A stretch of 64,000 nucleotides of DNA from Nitrospirota bacterium (GCA_963788195.1 CAWBGA010000004.1:32001-96000), one strand, 5' to 3'; shown: positions 1 through 9,798, counted from the first letter of the stretch. A program made the numbers and translations. Notes: generated by a model not told the origin, from the sequence alone.

Positions 1-606
1 CTGGGGTGGTCACATGGTGATCAGGAAATCTTCTCGCTCCAAGAGATGGTCGCCAAGTTCTCACTGGATCACATTAGTAAGTCCCCGGCCGCCTTCAACC
101 CCGATAAGCTGCTATGGCTGAATGGCCAGTATATTCGGCAAACCGAACCGAAAAGACTTGCGAATCTTTTGATGCCTATCCTCGTGAAGCAGGGTCTGGT
201 GAATAAAACAGCGGTGGTCGATCCTGACTGGCTGGAGCAACTAGTGACCGTGCTGCGTGGCCGATCAAAGACCCTCGTGGAAATGGCTGAGAAAGCGGCT
301 CCGTTCCTAGCGGAGTCAGTGACGATACAACCTGAGGCCGAGAAGTTCCTTACGCCGGCGGCGAAGCTGCCGTTGGAGCGCTTGCATTCCGTCGTTGCGC
401 AATCGTCCTTTGATCATGCCATGCTCGAACAAGGGTTTAAATCCGTCCTTGAGGAAATAGGGTGGAGCATGAATCAGCTTGCCCAGCCGGTGCGAGCCGC
501 GCTCACCGGGGAGGTTAATAGCCCAGGGATATTCGATGTCATGCTGCTCTTGGGACGCGACCGTACACTGGCACGTTTGCGAAAGGCCATTGACTTGATA
601 GGTTGA
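1..606 (+). CDS. gltX: Glutamate--tRNA ligase, C-terminal part (5' truncated by the window)
   Basis: Frame open from base 1: LGWSHGDQEIFS...FSLDHISKSPAAFNPDKLLWLN...QPVRAALTG..SPGIFDVMLLLGRDRTLARL, typical of the GluRS C-terminus; followed by tRNA-Gln. Confidence 0.95.
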   Translation: MGWSHGDQEIFSLQEMVAKFSLDHISKSPAAFNPDKLLWLNGQYIRQTEPKRLANLLMPILVKQGLVNKTAVVDPDWLEQLVTVLRGRSKTLVEMAEKAAPFLAESVTIQPEAEKFLTPAAKLPLERLHSVVAQSSFDHAMLEQGFKSVLEEIGWSMNQLAQPVRAALTGEVNSPGIFDVMLLLGRDRTLARLRKAIDLIG

Positions 607-618
607 GACACGGATAAT
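590..618 (+). promoter_or_regulatory. Putative sigma70 promoter for tRNA-Gln
   Basis: TTGACT (590-595), 17-bp spacer, GATAAT (613-618), about 22 bp upstream of the tRNA. Confidence 0.55.
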
Positions 619-640
619 ATTTTTCTACCACGCGGAGGGT

Positions 641-714
641 TGGGGGATCGTCTAGTGGTAGGACGACAGACTCTGGATCTGTCTACCTAGGTTCGAATCC
701 TAGTCCCCCAGCCA
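641..714 (+). tRNA. tRNA-Gln (anticodon CTG)
   Basis: Acceptor TGGGGGA/TCCCCCA, anticodon arm ACAGA-CT-CTG-GA-TCTGT, GGTTCGAATCC T-arm, encoded CCA. Confidence 0.97.
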
Positions 715-1083
715 ACCTGTTCTTGGCGAAGCCTTTTGAGAACTTTCTTTTTGTTCCCCGCAGCAACCTGCCTTTCCACTAGCTATTTACTTTCTGTTAT
801 TGCCCCGAAAGCGTGTTGGCCGACTTATGCATGTCTATTAGCCAGGGCCGATGAAGCAAGATATTACTGCTGAACCTTCACGGAATTGTCGCCGACACGG
901 TCAGGAAAAGTCGGGGAGATCGACGTATCGTTTATTTCCATACGCACATACCAACCTTATATCGGTTGCGACCGCCATAATCGGAGGCGATAATTGATGT
1001 GATGAGAAACGCTCACTCGTGCAGTTCTTCCCATGGAGAACGCAACAAGACAGTATGGCACGATCTAAAAATTGGCTGAAGTA

Positions 1084-1982
1084 ATGCATCCTCAACTCAT
1101 AACCTGTCTCGGTAGTGTGGGTCTCCTGCTCAGGTTTGTCCTCGGGAAGTTTGGCCACAACCTACACCTTTACCACAATTGATTTTCCAGGCCCGAATAC
1201 CATAAAAACGCTCGCTTGGGGCATCAATGACGCCGGCCAGATTTCAGGAGAGTTTGAGCAGGGCAACGCGGACCAATTCGTCTTTCGGTATACAGCTGGG
1301 CACTTTCACCCAATTCGATTTCGAGATAACTCGTGGCATCAATAATGCTGGTCAGATGCTGGTAGGATTTGCCGATGGTAGTTCAGGCGTTCTGAGTTCT
1401 GACGGCACCTTTATCCAGATCGATGCCCCGGGTGCTCGTGTCACAACTCTCGAGGGCATTAATAATGCTGGCCAGATTGTAGGAAACGCTGACGGTCGCG
1501 GATTTGTGTACTCTGGGGGCATCTTCACCCAGATCGCTGTCCCCGCTAGTCGCTTCACAAGCCCCAAAGGCATCAATGATGCCGGCCAAATTGTGGGGAT
1601 GAGTGACTTCTCCCGTCACGGTTTCTTGTACTCTGCCGGCACCTTCACCCAAATCATTGTCCCAGGCAGTCGTTTCACAAGCCCTGAGGACATCAATGAT
1701 GCCGGCGAGATTGTTGGACAATATGTGGATCTCATGTTTCGCAACCATGGGTTTCTCTACAACGGAGGCACCTTCACCCAAATCGATGTCCCGGGTAGTT
1801 TGGATTCAGGAATTTTGGGCATCAATAATGCCGGCCAGATTGTGGGAGCGTTTAGTAATCTCCCCGAAGACCTGGTCGGACATGCTTTTCTGGCGACGCC
1901 CATCCCTGAGCCCTCCACCTGGCTGCTGCTTGGCTCAGGGCTGGTAAGCCTAGTGATCTGGCGGCGATACGCGCATACCTGA
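1084..1982 (+). CDS. PEP-CTERM sorting-domain protein with HAF-like extracellular repeats (two apparent +1 frameshifts near 1131 and 1298)
   Basis: Signal-peptide-like MHPQLITCLGSVGLLL, six GINxAGQIVG...GF.Y..GTFTQI repeats, C-terminal IPEPSTWLLLGSGLVSLVIWRR (PEP + TM helix + basic tail). Confidence 0.88.
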
Positions 1983-2859
1983 AAACAATTTCTAGAGAGC
2001 AGTCACCAGGCCTTCACAACAGTCTTCTGTCTGACGCCTTACTAGCTTGCTTGTCTTCGTGCGGTAGTAACTTTAGACTCTCAGCATGTCTCAACGTCCT
2101 CGCACCGCGATCGAATACCGCCAAGTGATGTCCTACGCTACTGGCTAAATTGATTCCGCGTGAGGATCATGATCAATGGATGCTGACGTCGGACTCCGCG
2201 CTCGAAGGCGTATGGCCTGCGCTGGCTAATGCAGAACGGCAACGAGGGCAGTTGTACAACTGCTCCGGTTTAAGCAGTGAAACTAGTGTGTCAGGCAGCC
2301 ATGCAGTGGCGTCAATCTGTTCATGTCTGGGCAATGCGGAACGGAGGCAAAATCCTTCACGTGAAGTCTTTCTCCCACACAGATTTGATTCTTGCCCTTG
2401 CCACTCCTAATGATTTTGCCCTATTTAAAGTGGACTTTGATGAGGGGCGTAACCTATAATTTGGGTACTGTTCTTGCGTCTTTTATTCTTCCTAGGGAAA
2501 ACTTTCATGACAGCTAATGGTTCATCAGAGTTAGGTACCTCTCTGAAAGAGGGGCGAGCGTCGAATCCATCGGTGAGGTAGGCCTCTCGATTTTTTACCG
2601 TCAACGGAGCCTTTGAACTATTAATACAGAGGACGATTTTCGCGTCTGAATCATCCGCCTCGCCCATCTGAAGTAAATAAAAGGGGAGCGTCTATGCTGA
2701 AAGCCGTCCTGCTTGTGCTGCTGCGCAGCGCGATGCCCGCGTGGAGTGAAACTTACACCAAACAGGAGACGGACGGCGCCGGGCTTTTTGGGGGCTGACG
2801 GCCAAACCTGTGGATTTGCCGCAATCGGGTCACCAACTCGGCCGATGAAAGGAACGCTG

Positions 2860-5800
2860 ATGACGAAAGTACTTCTGTGCGTGGGGGTGTGGCTAGTCAG
2901 TGCGACAGCGTGGGCCGCCCCCACCCTCACGGTCAACGGCAGCGCTGGTCCGATCACGGTGGGGGCGGGCAGCACGATCACCATCGTCGCCGCGAATCTG
3001 GCCGCCAACGACAGCAATATCGTGGCCCTGTTTGCCCCAGGCACGGCAAACAGCCAAAATTTGACCTGGGTTTATCTGACAGGGAATCAGACGTTGCGCA
3101 GCGGCCATATGACGGGAGTGACCACAACATTCACGCTTCCCCCCGCCCCTGGGACGTTTGAAGTGCGGGCGATGCATTGGGTCTCTGGGACCGGGTATGT
3201 GACCGATGCGACCAGCGGAACGGTGACGGTGCAAAGCGGTGGGGCTTCTCCCACCCTCACGGTCAACGGCAGCGCGGGTCCGATCACGGTGGGGGCGAGC
3301 AGCACGATTACCATCGTCGCCGCGAATCTGGCCGCTAATGACAGCAATATCGTGGCCCTGTTTGCCCCAGGCACGGCAAACAGCCAAAATTTGACCTGGG
3401 TTTATCTGACAGGCAATCAGATCTTGCGCAGCGGCCATATGACGGGAGTGACCACAACATTCACGCTTCCCCCCGCCCCTGGGACGTTTGAAGTGCGCGC
3501 CCTGCATTGGATCGTGGGAACCGGTTACGTCACGGACGCCACCAGCTCCCTGGTAACGGTATCGACGAGTCCAGGGTCTTCCCCGCCGCCTACGTCGACA
3601 CCATGCGGGGTGAATCCGGAGAGCGCTCAGTCGGGAAACTGGTCTGATCCCGAGACCTGGGGGGGGTGCCTCCCAACCCCCACGGACCATGCCACGATTG
3701 CGGGGGGACATACGGTCATCGTGGACGGTACCGTAGCCGTCACCGAGGTGCTGGTCCACGGGCGACTCGCCGCCTGCCGCACCTGCAAGTCGCTGCTCGA
3801 TGTAGGGTCTGTGATTGTCCTTGCAGGCGGGACTCTTGACTATGGCACGGCAACCAGCCCGATCCCTGCCGGGATCTCGGCGACGATTCTTTTACGGGAT
3901 TTGCCGAATGCGACGTTTACGCATTTACATGGACAACCGGGGCTGCAACCCGTGCTGCACGCCCACGGCGGGGCAATTGAGATGCAGGGATCAGGGCCGG
4001 CGGTACCATGGATGCCGCTTAGCGGCGATGTTCCCGCAGGAGGGGTCACCCTCGATGTCAACGACGACTTGACGGGTTGGCGGGTGGGCGACACCGTGCT
4101 TGTCACCGGCACGGTGAAGCTGGAGTTGGATCGCGACCCCGTACAAAGCGAAGAGCGAGTGATTGCGAGCGTGGAGGGGCATCGCCTCACGCTGACCGTT
4201 CCATTAACCCATGCCCATGGGGGCGTGCAACCTTCGGCAGAATGTCGCACCTGCCGGCAAGCCGTGGTTGCAAATCTCACGCGCAACGTTCTGGTGACCA
4301 GCGCGTACCAGCTGGGGCGGCGCGGCCATGTCCATCTCGCGACGGATATCGAGAACAGTGCGACTGGGCAGCAGCCGACCGTCCATATCAGCGATGCCGC
4401 CTTTGTCAGCCTCGGGCGCCCCGAAGTGGGTAGCTATGGTGGCCCGCATCTACACATTCTGGGCGTGGCAAAGGACGCTCACGTGAGGCGGAGCGTCATC
4501 CGGGACTCCGCCAACGTGTGGGTCCGAGTGCATGGAACACATTTCGCCACTATAGCCGACAACATCGGCGTGTTCTCCGTGGGCAACGGGTTTTCCACCG
4601 AGGATGGCTCGGAAGCGTACAACGTGTTTCACCACAACCTGGCAGTCCTCGCGTACCCGGCGACCGTGATGACGAATCCCAACGATCCGTTTGACAAGGG
4701 CGAAGGGGCTGGATTTTGGGCCAATTCGCCCCGCAACATCTGGACCGGGAACGTGGCCGTGGAGAATATCTGGGGCTTTCAGATTCAACGCGGGGGCGAG
4801 GGCGAGCCGCACCCCGTGCCGACGGTCGACGCGCAGGGGATGCCCGTGGTCGTCGATATTCGCGCGGCCCCACTTCTGCGCTTCGACGGCAACACGGCAA
4901 CGGGCCACACCGCGTCCGGGTTCGAGATGGCGGGCGGCCGCAGCCTGGAGGCGTCTGTAATTGACCACTTCACGGCGCTCGACAACAACAGCTTTAGCGT
5001 AGCGGTGTTCAGTTTCAACACCGTGTTCGACCACCTATACGCCGCGAATGGCGGCCATGGCGATGTCACAAAGGGCGACTTTCATGTCAACGATATAGGC
5101 ATGTATCTTGGCCAACTCAACCTCACCGTCCGCAACTCCTACCTGTCCGCCCTCGAGATCGGCTATCAAAACATCGGCTATGTGCTTCTGGAGAACGTGA
5201 AACTAGATTTGCTGCTGCGCTCTGGGTTCGGTGCGGCAGAAACCATCATCAGTATTTCGGGTCCGACAGCGGCCACTGGGGGCATCCTCTATGATGTAGG
5301 CCTCACCGTGAACGGCGTGGTCCAACCAGGCACGACGGCTTCGCAGCAAGTCGTGCTGTGGGACTACGATGGGCCAGGCCACCATGTGATGTTGGGACAG
5401 GACCAAACCAGTGCGGCGGATACGCTGACGTATGCCACGAGCTCGCGATTTGGGCGGAGAACATCATTTGCCGGTAGTATGGACTCGACCTGGCAGGAGG
5501 CCCTGTTCACCGGACCGTATGGGCAAGGCCCTGAGTTTGCGTGGCCGTTGCGCATCGACGTAGGCAACCGCCCCCGAGGTGGCATCGGCCAGCCCAACCC
5601 CACAGATCTCATGGTTGGTGGAAAGCGATGGAGAGTGGATGTCTCCTATGTGCCCTCTCCCCCAGGGACGCGCTTGCCACGTTATGGCTTTACCGGGGCC
5701 TTCCCGGTCTTCACCCCTCCTATATTTCCTAACCCGACGCAAGACGCGACCGACGCGCATCTTCACGATGGGACGCTGCTCGGTAGCCATCGGACGGCTA

Positions 5801-6129
5801 GGGAATTGCGGTATACCGTGGACCTTCCCAACGGCGAGTACTGGGTGGATCTCGGCTGGCAGGAATCCTCAGGGGACGCGGGCTCCGTGAGTGCCGTGGC
5901 AGGACGAGTGATGGACGTCTCCGTGCAAGGCGTGCGACAGATCCAAGATTTGGACGTGTTTAGCATCGTGGGGGTGAACGCCCCGCTCTGGCGATCCTTC
6001 CCGGCCACGGTGACGAACGAGCGGCTGTGGGTCGACTTCAAGGGGCAGGCTGGAACCGGGCACATCGCCTCGGTGAATGCCATCGCCGTCTGTCCGAGGG
6101 CGATGGTGACGGCCGGCCGCTGTCCGTGA
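2860..6129 (+). CDS. Large secreted protein: two Ig/SKICH-like repeats, G8 domain, parallel beta-helix, C-terminal malectin-like domain
   Basis: AAAGGAA RBS before ATG 2860; signal peptide ending AWA-A; G8 start SGNWSDPETW..LP...D...I..GHTV; CEMIP/TMEM2/fibrocystin-like HGTH..TEDGSE..N.F.HNL and FW..SP.N...GN.A; malectin-like Y..LPNG.Y.V.L...E...GRV.DV..QG.....DLDVF..VG. Confidence 0.85.
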   Translation: MTKVLLCVGVWLVSATAWAAPTLTVNGSAGPITVGAGSTITIVAANLAANDSNIVALFAPGTANSQNLTWVYLTGNQTLRSGHMTGVTTTFTLPPAPGTFEVRAMHWVSGTGYVTDATSGTVTVQSGGASPTLTVNGSAGPITVGASSTITIVAANLAANDSNIVALFAPGTANSQNLTWVYLTGNQILRSGHMTGVTTTFTLPPAPGTFEVRALHWIVGTGYVTDATSSLVTVSTSPGSSPPPTSTPCGVNPESAQSGNWSDPETWGGCLPTPTDHATIAGGHTVIVDGTVAVTEVLVHGRLAACRTCKSLLDVGSVIVLAGGTLDYGTATSPIPAGISATILLRDLPNATFTHLHGQPGLQPVLHAHGGAIEMQGSGPAVPWMPLSGDVPAGGVTLDVNDDLTGWRVGDTVLVTGTVKLELDRDPVQSEERVIASVEGHRLTLTVPLTHAHGGVQPSAECRTCRQAVVANLTRNVLVTSAYQLGRRGHVHLATDIENSATGQQPTVHISDAAFVSLGRPEVGSYGGPHLHILGVAKDAHVRRSVIRDSANVWVRVHGTHFATIADNIGVFSVGNGFSTEDGSEAYNVFHHNLAVLAYPATVMTNPNDPFDKGEGAGFWANSPRNIWTGNVAVENIWGFQIQRGGEGEPHPVPTVDAQGMPVVVDIRAAPLLRFDGNTATGHTASGFEMAGGRSLEASVIDHFTALDNNSFSVAVFSFNTVFDHLYAANGGHGDVTKGDFHVNDIGMYLGQLNLTVRNSYLSALEIGYQNIGYVLLENVKLDLLLRSGFGAAETIISISGPTAATGGILYDVGLTVNGVVQPGTTASQQVVLWDYDGPGHHVMLGQDQTSAADTLTYATSSRFGRRTSFAGSMDSTWQEALFTGPYGQGPEFAWPLRIDVGNRPRGGIGQPNPTDLMVGGKRWRVDVSYVPSPPGTRLPRYGFTGAFPVFTPPIFPNPTQDATDAHLHDGTLLGSHRTARELRYTVDLPNGEYWVDLGWQESSGDAGSVSAVAGRVMDVSVQGVRQIQDLDVFSIVGVNAPLWRSFPATVTNERLWVDFKGQAGTGHIASVNAIAVCPRAMVTAGRCP
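2920..3565 (+). repeat. Tandem 330-bp (110-aa) duplication within the G8 gene
   Basis: Copies start at 2920 and 3250 (CCCACCCTCACGGTCAACGGCAGCGC...); the first ~250 bp are nearly identical. Confidence 0.95.
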
Positions 6130-6245
6130 TGTGAGCGTCTGCGTTTTTCGGAAGAACTCAATCGCCGTTTGGTTGATCCCACACAGTGTTTCCGAGAGGA
6201 AGGCAGGCTGCTAAAAACATTTTACGGGAAAAGGCAGAAGGACGA

Positions 6246-6660
6246 TCAATGTCCTTCTCTTACGAGATTCTTGTTCCAGGCGGGGATTTCAACAACGATA
6301 TCCGTGGTGCCGTTGGGCACGCATTGGCAGCCCAAGTCGGGATTGCAACGAGATGTCCGGCGCTTCGTCCAGTTGATCAAGTTCGTCATCAGTCGCTTCA
6401 TTGCACGACTCCAGGCCCTCCTTGATCTTCACATGACAGGTTGAGCATGCGCACACCCCTCCACAGACGTGCTCAAGCTCCACGCCGGCGCCCATTGCAA
6501 TGTCAAGGATGCTCCCGGGTTGGCCCGTGGGGCCGTAGGGAATTTGGGTCGGATCCACATCAATCACAATGGGGGAACCGTCACGGAGAATGGTGATCTT
6601 GTAAGGCTTCTTGGGAAGTTCGAGATCCGCGCGTTCAATATATGGATTCGTTCCACCCAA
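6246..6660 (-). CDS. fdx: 2Fe-2S ferredoxin, ISC/adrenodoxin type (apparent +1 frameshift near 6332)
   Basis: EHVCGGVCACSTCHV motif; removing one G restores SRLGCQC...IVVEIPAWNKNLVREGH*; probable TTG start at 6660 after GAGG. Confidence 0.9.
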
Positions 6661-6748
6661 GGCAGTCAGACCTCGATGACTAGAGTAATTTATCTTTATA
6701 GCACCCGGGGCCATTCGGCGCAACCCGCATTCCGAGGCTCTGTGTCGG

Positions 6749-6777
6749 TTGACAAGCCGAGAGCCATTCGATATTGT
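6749..6777 (+). promoter_or_regulatory. Putative sigma70 promoter for tRNA-Glu
   Basis: TTGACA (6749-6754), 17-bp spacer, TATTGT (6772-6777), about 24 bp upstream of the tRNA. Confidence 0.6.
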
Positions 6778-6801
6778 GGCGTCGTCTTGCCGACTCGACC
6801 A

Positions 6802-6879
6802 GGTCCCATCGTCTAGCCTGGCCTAGGACAGTGCCCTCTCAAGGCATAAACACGGGTTCGAATCCCGTTGGGACCACCA
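6802..6879 (+). tRNA. tRNA-Glu (anticodon CTC)
   Basis: Acceptor GGTCCCA/TGGGACC, anticodon arm GTGCC-CT-CTC-AA-GGCAT, GGTTCGAATCC T-arm, encoded CCA. Confidence 0.97.
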
Positions 6880-7042
6880 CTTCTCTTCATTGGCCAATTA
6901 GATTACCGCCTTCTTTTATTTTGTAAGTCCCTTTCCTAATTGTAATTTTGTGGCCACCAACCGTCTCCACATGGGTCGAATGCAAGCATGGTCTGTTCGA
7001 CGGAAAAATGCCGTTGTTCCCGGATTGGGAAGAGCGGTGCTT

Positions 7043-7612
7043 TTACTCAAGACGCTGTCTAATGTCGGTTCGTGTCCTGTTGCAGATTGATGGGAGGTAG
7101 ACATACCGTTGACACGCATGTCCTCCTATCATCGTTTCGCACACAAATTGAAATCCGGCGACCTCAAAAGCTCTTGAGGAGATCCTATTGTCCTGTTTGA
7201 TATGAGCGAAGATCAACCTGAGCGGGGAATGGCGGTGAAGATACTGAATGCCTATCTTAATGGCCTGTGTTGCCAAATGGCGCCCTCGAAAAGTATTGCT
7301 CAACGACAGGCCAATTTCGCCGTATTGATTGAACCGGACCTGGCCGATAGGTACCCAAACAAGGTTTTTGTTTCGGCCTTCAATGATGAGAAGACAATTC
7401 TTCTTTGAGAACAAAACTTTGCTAAACCATTTTCTAAAGCCCCCTAGCGTCGTAGGATCCTGAAGAACACTGTTGCTTCGGATCGTCGGATCGCGCGCCC
7501 ATTTGAAGAAAAGCAAGACATCACGCGGAGTGGCGCGTAGGGCTCTCAGTTCCATGGTTCCGCTATCTCTTGTCAGAATGCTAGGGGATGCTGCTGGTTG
7601 GCAGACCGTCAT
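7043..7612 (-). CDS. GNAT family N-acetyltransferase (RimJ/PseH-like)
   Basis: LRA...D...FKWARDP..R..S; PIGQVRF; FRGRHLA; AHIKQDNRISSRAFEVAGF. Confidence 0.8.
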   Translation of the reverse strand: MTVCQPAASPSILTRDSGTMELRALRATPRDVLLFFKWARDPTIRSNSVLQDPTTLGGFRKWFSKVLFSKKNCLLIIEGRNKNLVWVPIGQVRFNQYGEIGLSLSNTFRGRHLATQAIKIGIQYLHRHSPLRLIFAHIKQDNRISSRAFEVAGFQFVCETMIGGHACQRYVYLPSICNRTRTDIRQRLE

Positions 7613-7662
7613 CGTTTTCAGCGCGGCGTCGTTGGCTCTCGTCTTGTCTGCCTCTTTGAAGA

Positions 7663-8107
7663 TTAGCGATGCTCACGCTCCGTGATTCTTTGCACAGATA
7701 ATGCCCCGACCCTTTGCCGATAGTCATAGAGCGCATGAAGGACGTCGCAAATAGTCTGCTTTTTCTCTGTGGCTAAGGCGGCCACTCTCTCGACACGGTT
7801 TCGTGTAGAAGAAGGCGATGTTAATTCTGCATCCCGCCTAAGGGCCATCTCATACGCAAGAAGCTCGCTTTCTTTCTGCTGCGGTATCCATCGCAATGAG
7901 CGGCTGGAGGGCAGCGAGATAGGTGAACACATCGATTCCGGCTTGTGCGGCCTCGCGGCTGATGTCGATATCAGGCGGCCATACTCCCCAGGGCCGTCCA
8001 AGCAAGTAGATTTTCTTAACTTCCTCCATGGGTAAATGCGTCTGGACGCCCAAAAACCGATAGAAGCCATGTACCGTCATTAATTCGAACAGTTCAATTT
8101 GATTCAT
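7663..8107 (-). CDS. Hypothetical protein (ORFs 7850-8107 and 7663-8070 joined by one +1 frameshift near 7880)
   Basis: GAGG RBS before ATG 8107; protein-like sequence continues ...MDT/QQKESELLAYEMALRR...TICDVLHALYDYRQRVGALS after removing one base. Confidence 0.55.
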
Positions 8108-8436
8108 ACAGACCTCAGCGTAGGCTTTCCCAGATGTCGCGCGTAATTAGTATTTGCCCCCGTGATGGGCGTCTAATCGGACTAGACCTTCTCCGAATGA
8201 TCGAGTGTCGGAGCAGCGGAGGCTAGGAAAGTGTCGCGCGAGGCAGAGTGTATGAGGCGCGCCGACTATTAGTCAGCCTGCTCTCTAAGTGTATTCATCG
8301 TACCATGTCCTGGAGAATAGAGTCTTTCTTTCTTTTCTGCCCGGGAACCTTAATATATCTCTATGAAATTGCGGCCTGTTTGCGGTGGGGACCAAATTAA
8401 TGCACCTTTTCGGTTGATAAGGGTTCATGATAGCGC

Positions 8437-8622
8437 ATGCAATTTAATTTCGAGAGTTGGTCTGCCTGGGAGCAGACAGGCCGGAAGGGCTGCACAGTCG
8501 GCGTTGCCGCATCCCAACTCGGCACCAGTCGTCAGGTAGTACTAAAACTTTTGAAGGCGGGCCGTCTTGATGAGATTAGAATCTACGAAGCCGGGAAGCA
8601 TGTGGCCACCCTTGTCCGATGA
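8437..8622 (+). CDS. Small excisionase/HTH_17-like DNA-binding protein (possibly truncated)
   Basis: TVGVAASQLGTSRQVVLKLLKAGRL resembles the T..EAA..LGVSR.TV..LI..G.L pattern. Confidence 0.4.
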   Translation: MQFNFESWSAWEQTGRKGCTVGVAASQLGTSRQVVLKLLKAGRLDEIRIYEAGKHVATLVR

Positions 8623-8659
8623 TAGAAAGCGGATCATGACGCTGACTCAGCCCCGCCCT

Positions 8660-9077
8660 TTATTTCTCTTTAAGGGTTTCCAATAAAAGATTAAGCTTCT
8701 CCGAATCGATCGGTTTCACCATGTAGCTGACGGCGCCCAGAGTAAAACTCTCGTCAAGATCCTGCTCAGCTTCTGAGTTTGTCAGGATTACTACGCGTAC
8801 CCCGCTTCTTGCTTAGTTCTGGAGACAACTCTTCGAGCATCTCCAAGCCTCCTTTTTTGGGGAGGGCTAGGTCAAGCAGTATCAAACGTGGCGCAGGCGC
8901 ATTTGTATAAGGTGCCTGACGCTGCAAAAAAGAGATGGCTTCCGCACCATCTTTAGCCACGCTCAAATTGTACGGGAGTTGAGAGTCCTTGAATACTTCC
9001 TTGACGAGTCGTACATCGCCCGGATTGTCCTCTACGAGGAGAACTTCAATTGGATCCTGACCGTTGTTATCCGCCAT
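8660..9077 (-). CDS. Stand-alone response regulator receiver (Rcp1-like; +1 frameshift near 8800)
   Basis: LLVEDNPGDVRL...DGAEAISFL...PRLILLDLALPKKGGLE; corrected frame gives VVILTNSEAEQD...LGAVSYMVKP. Confidence 0.88.
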
Positions 9078-9194
9078 TGTGGATGCCCCCTGGATTTTTA
9101 TCTGTCGCCGGCTCTTGCTTGTAAGCCCGTACCGTCGGGATGTCAATTGCACTCTTTTGTAGGGGCACTCGGGCAATGCAGCTAAATTACCGCT

Positions 9195-9798
9195 CTACAG
9201 ACGCAACAATTGGACGAGAATTCCGGTGCGGGTACGTGGTCTTCGTTTTCTCCATAATATGCTTGATATGTTCCTTAACGGTTTGCTCGCGGACGCCGAG
9301 CGAATTCCCTATTTCCCTGTTGGTCCAGCCCTTAAGAAGCTGTTGGAGGACGGTCACTTCGCGCACAGTCAGATGGAACCGCTCCTTGCTCTGTTCTAGA
9401 ATGCCATGCTTTCGGCGCCCCAGGACTTCTATGGTGAGGAGGATCTGTGCTTGTTGTGGATTCTCGTGATTCGGTAAACCAACCCCAGAGATTAGGATCG
9501 GCCGCGGGCAATTCGATACCACGTCTTTGACGCGGAATTGCTCCCAGTCTTTCGCATGGGTTCGTCGCCGCATCTGCGTTTTAACCTCGTTACACACAGC
9601 CACCACTCGTCCAGGCAGAATGTCCCTGTGCTCCGGTACGTCAAGCAGACTGATTTCCTTGCATAGTTCCCATGCTTCGCGATCCTGATAGACCAGTCTT
9701 CGGGATGAATTAAAAACCATGATCCCCGGACCCGCGCGTTTTTCAGCGATATGCCGGAGATCGATTGCATCGTTTTGGCGGTCATCGCTCAACGGCAT
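9195..9798 (-). CDS. LuxR-family HTH regulator, paralogue 2 (frameshift near C-terminus at ~9233)
   Basis: FHLTVREVTVLQQLLKGWTNREIGNSLGVREQTVKEHIKHIMEKT; corrected end TTTRTGILVQLLRL*. Confidence 0.88.

Noticed and set aside
1056..1075. TGGCACG upstream of the PEP-CTERM gene as a sigma54 promoter
   Set aside because: The -24 box is good, but the -12 position reads AAAA rather than TTGC
1220..1850. Regularly spaced DNA repeats as a CRISPR array
   Set aside because: They are degenerate, in-frame coding repeats (GINxAGQ) with ~120-bp period, and no cas genes are present
2000..2850. Short ORFs (2150-2410, 2277-2459, 2425-2667) as genes
   Set aside because: No recognisable motifs and mutually overlapping; may be decayed sequence but cannot be supported
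715..6245. Active integrative element at tRNA-Gln
   Set aside because: No integrase or transposase, and no repeat of the tRNA 3' end found
1..6879. gltX and tRNA-Gln/Glu as dedicated suppliers for the FemAB-like enzymes
   Set aside because: These are ordinary housekeeping neighbours with canonical tRNA features; proximity alone is not evidence
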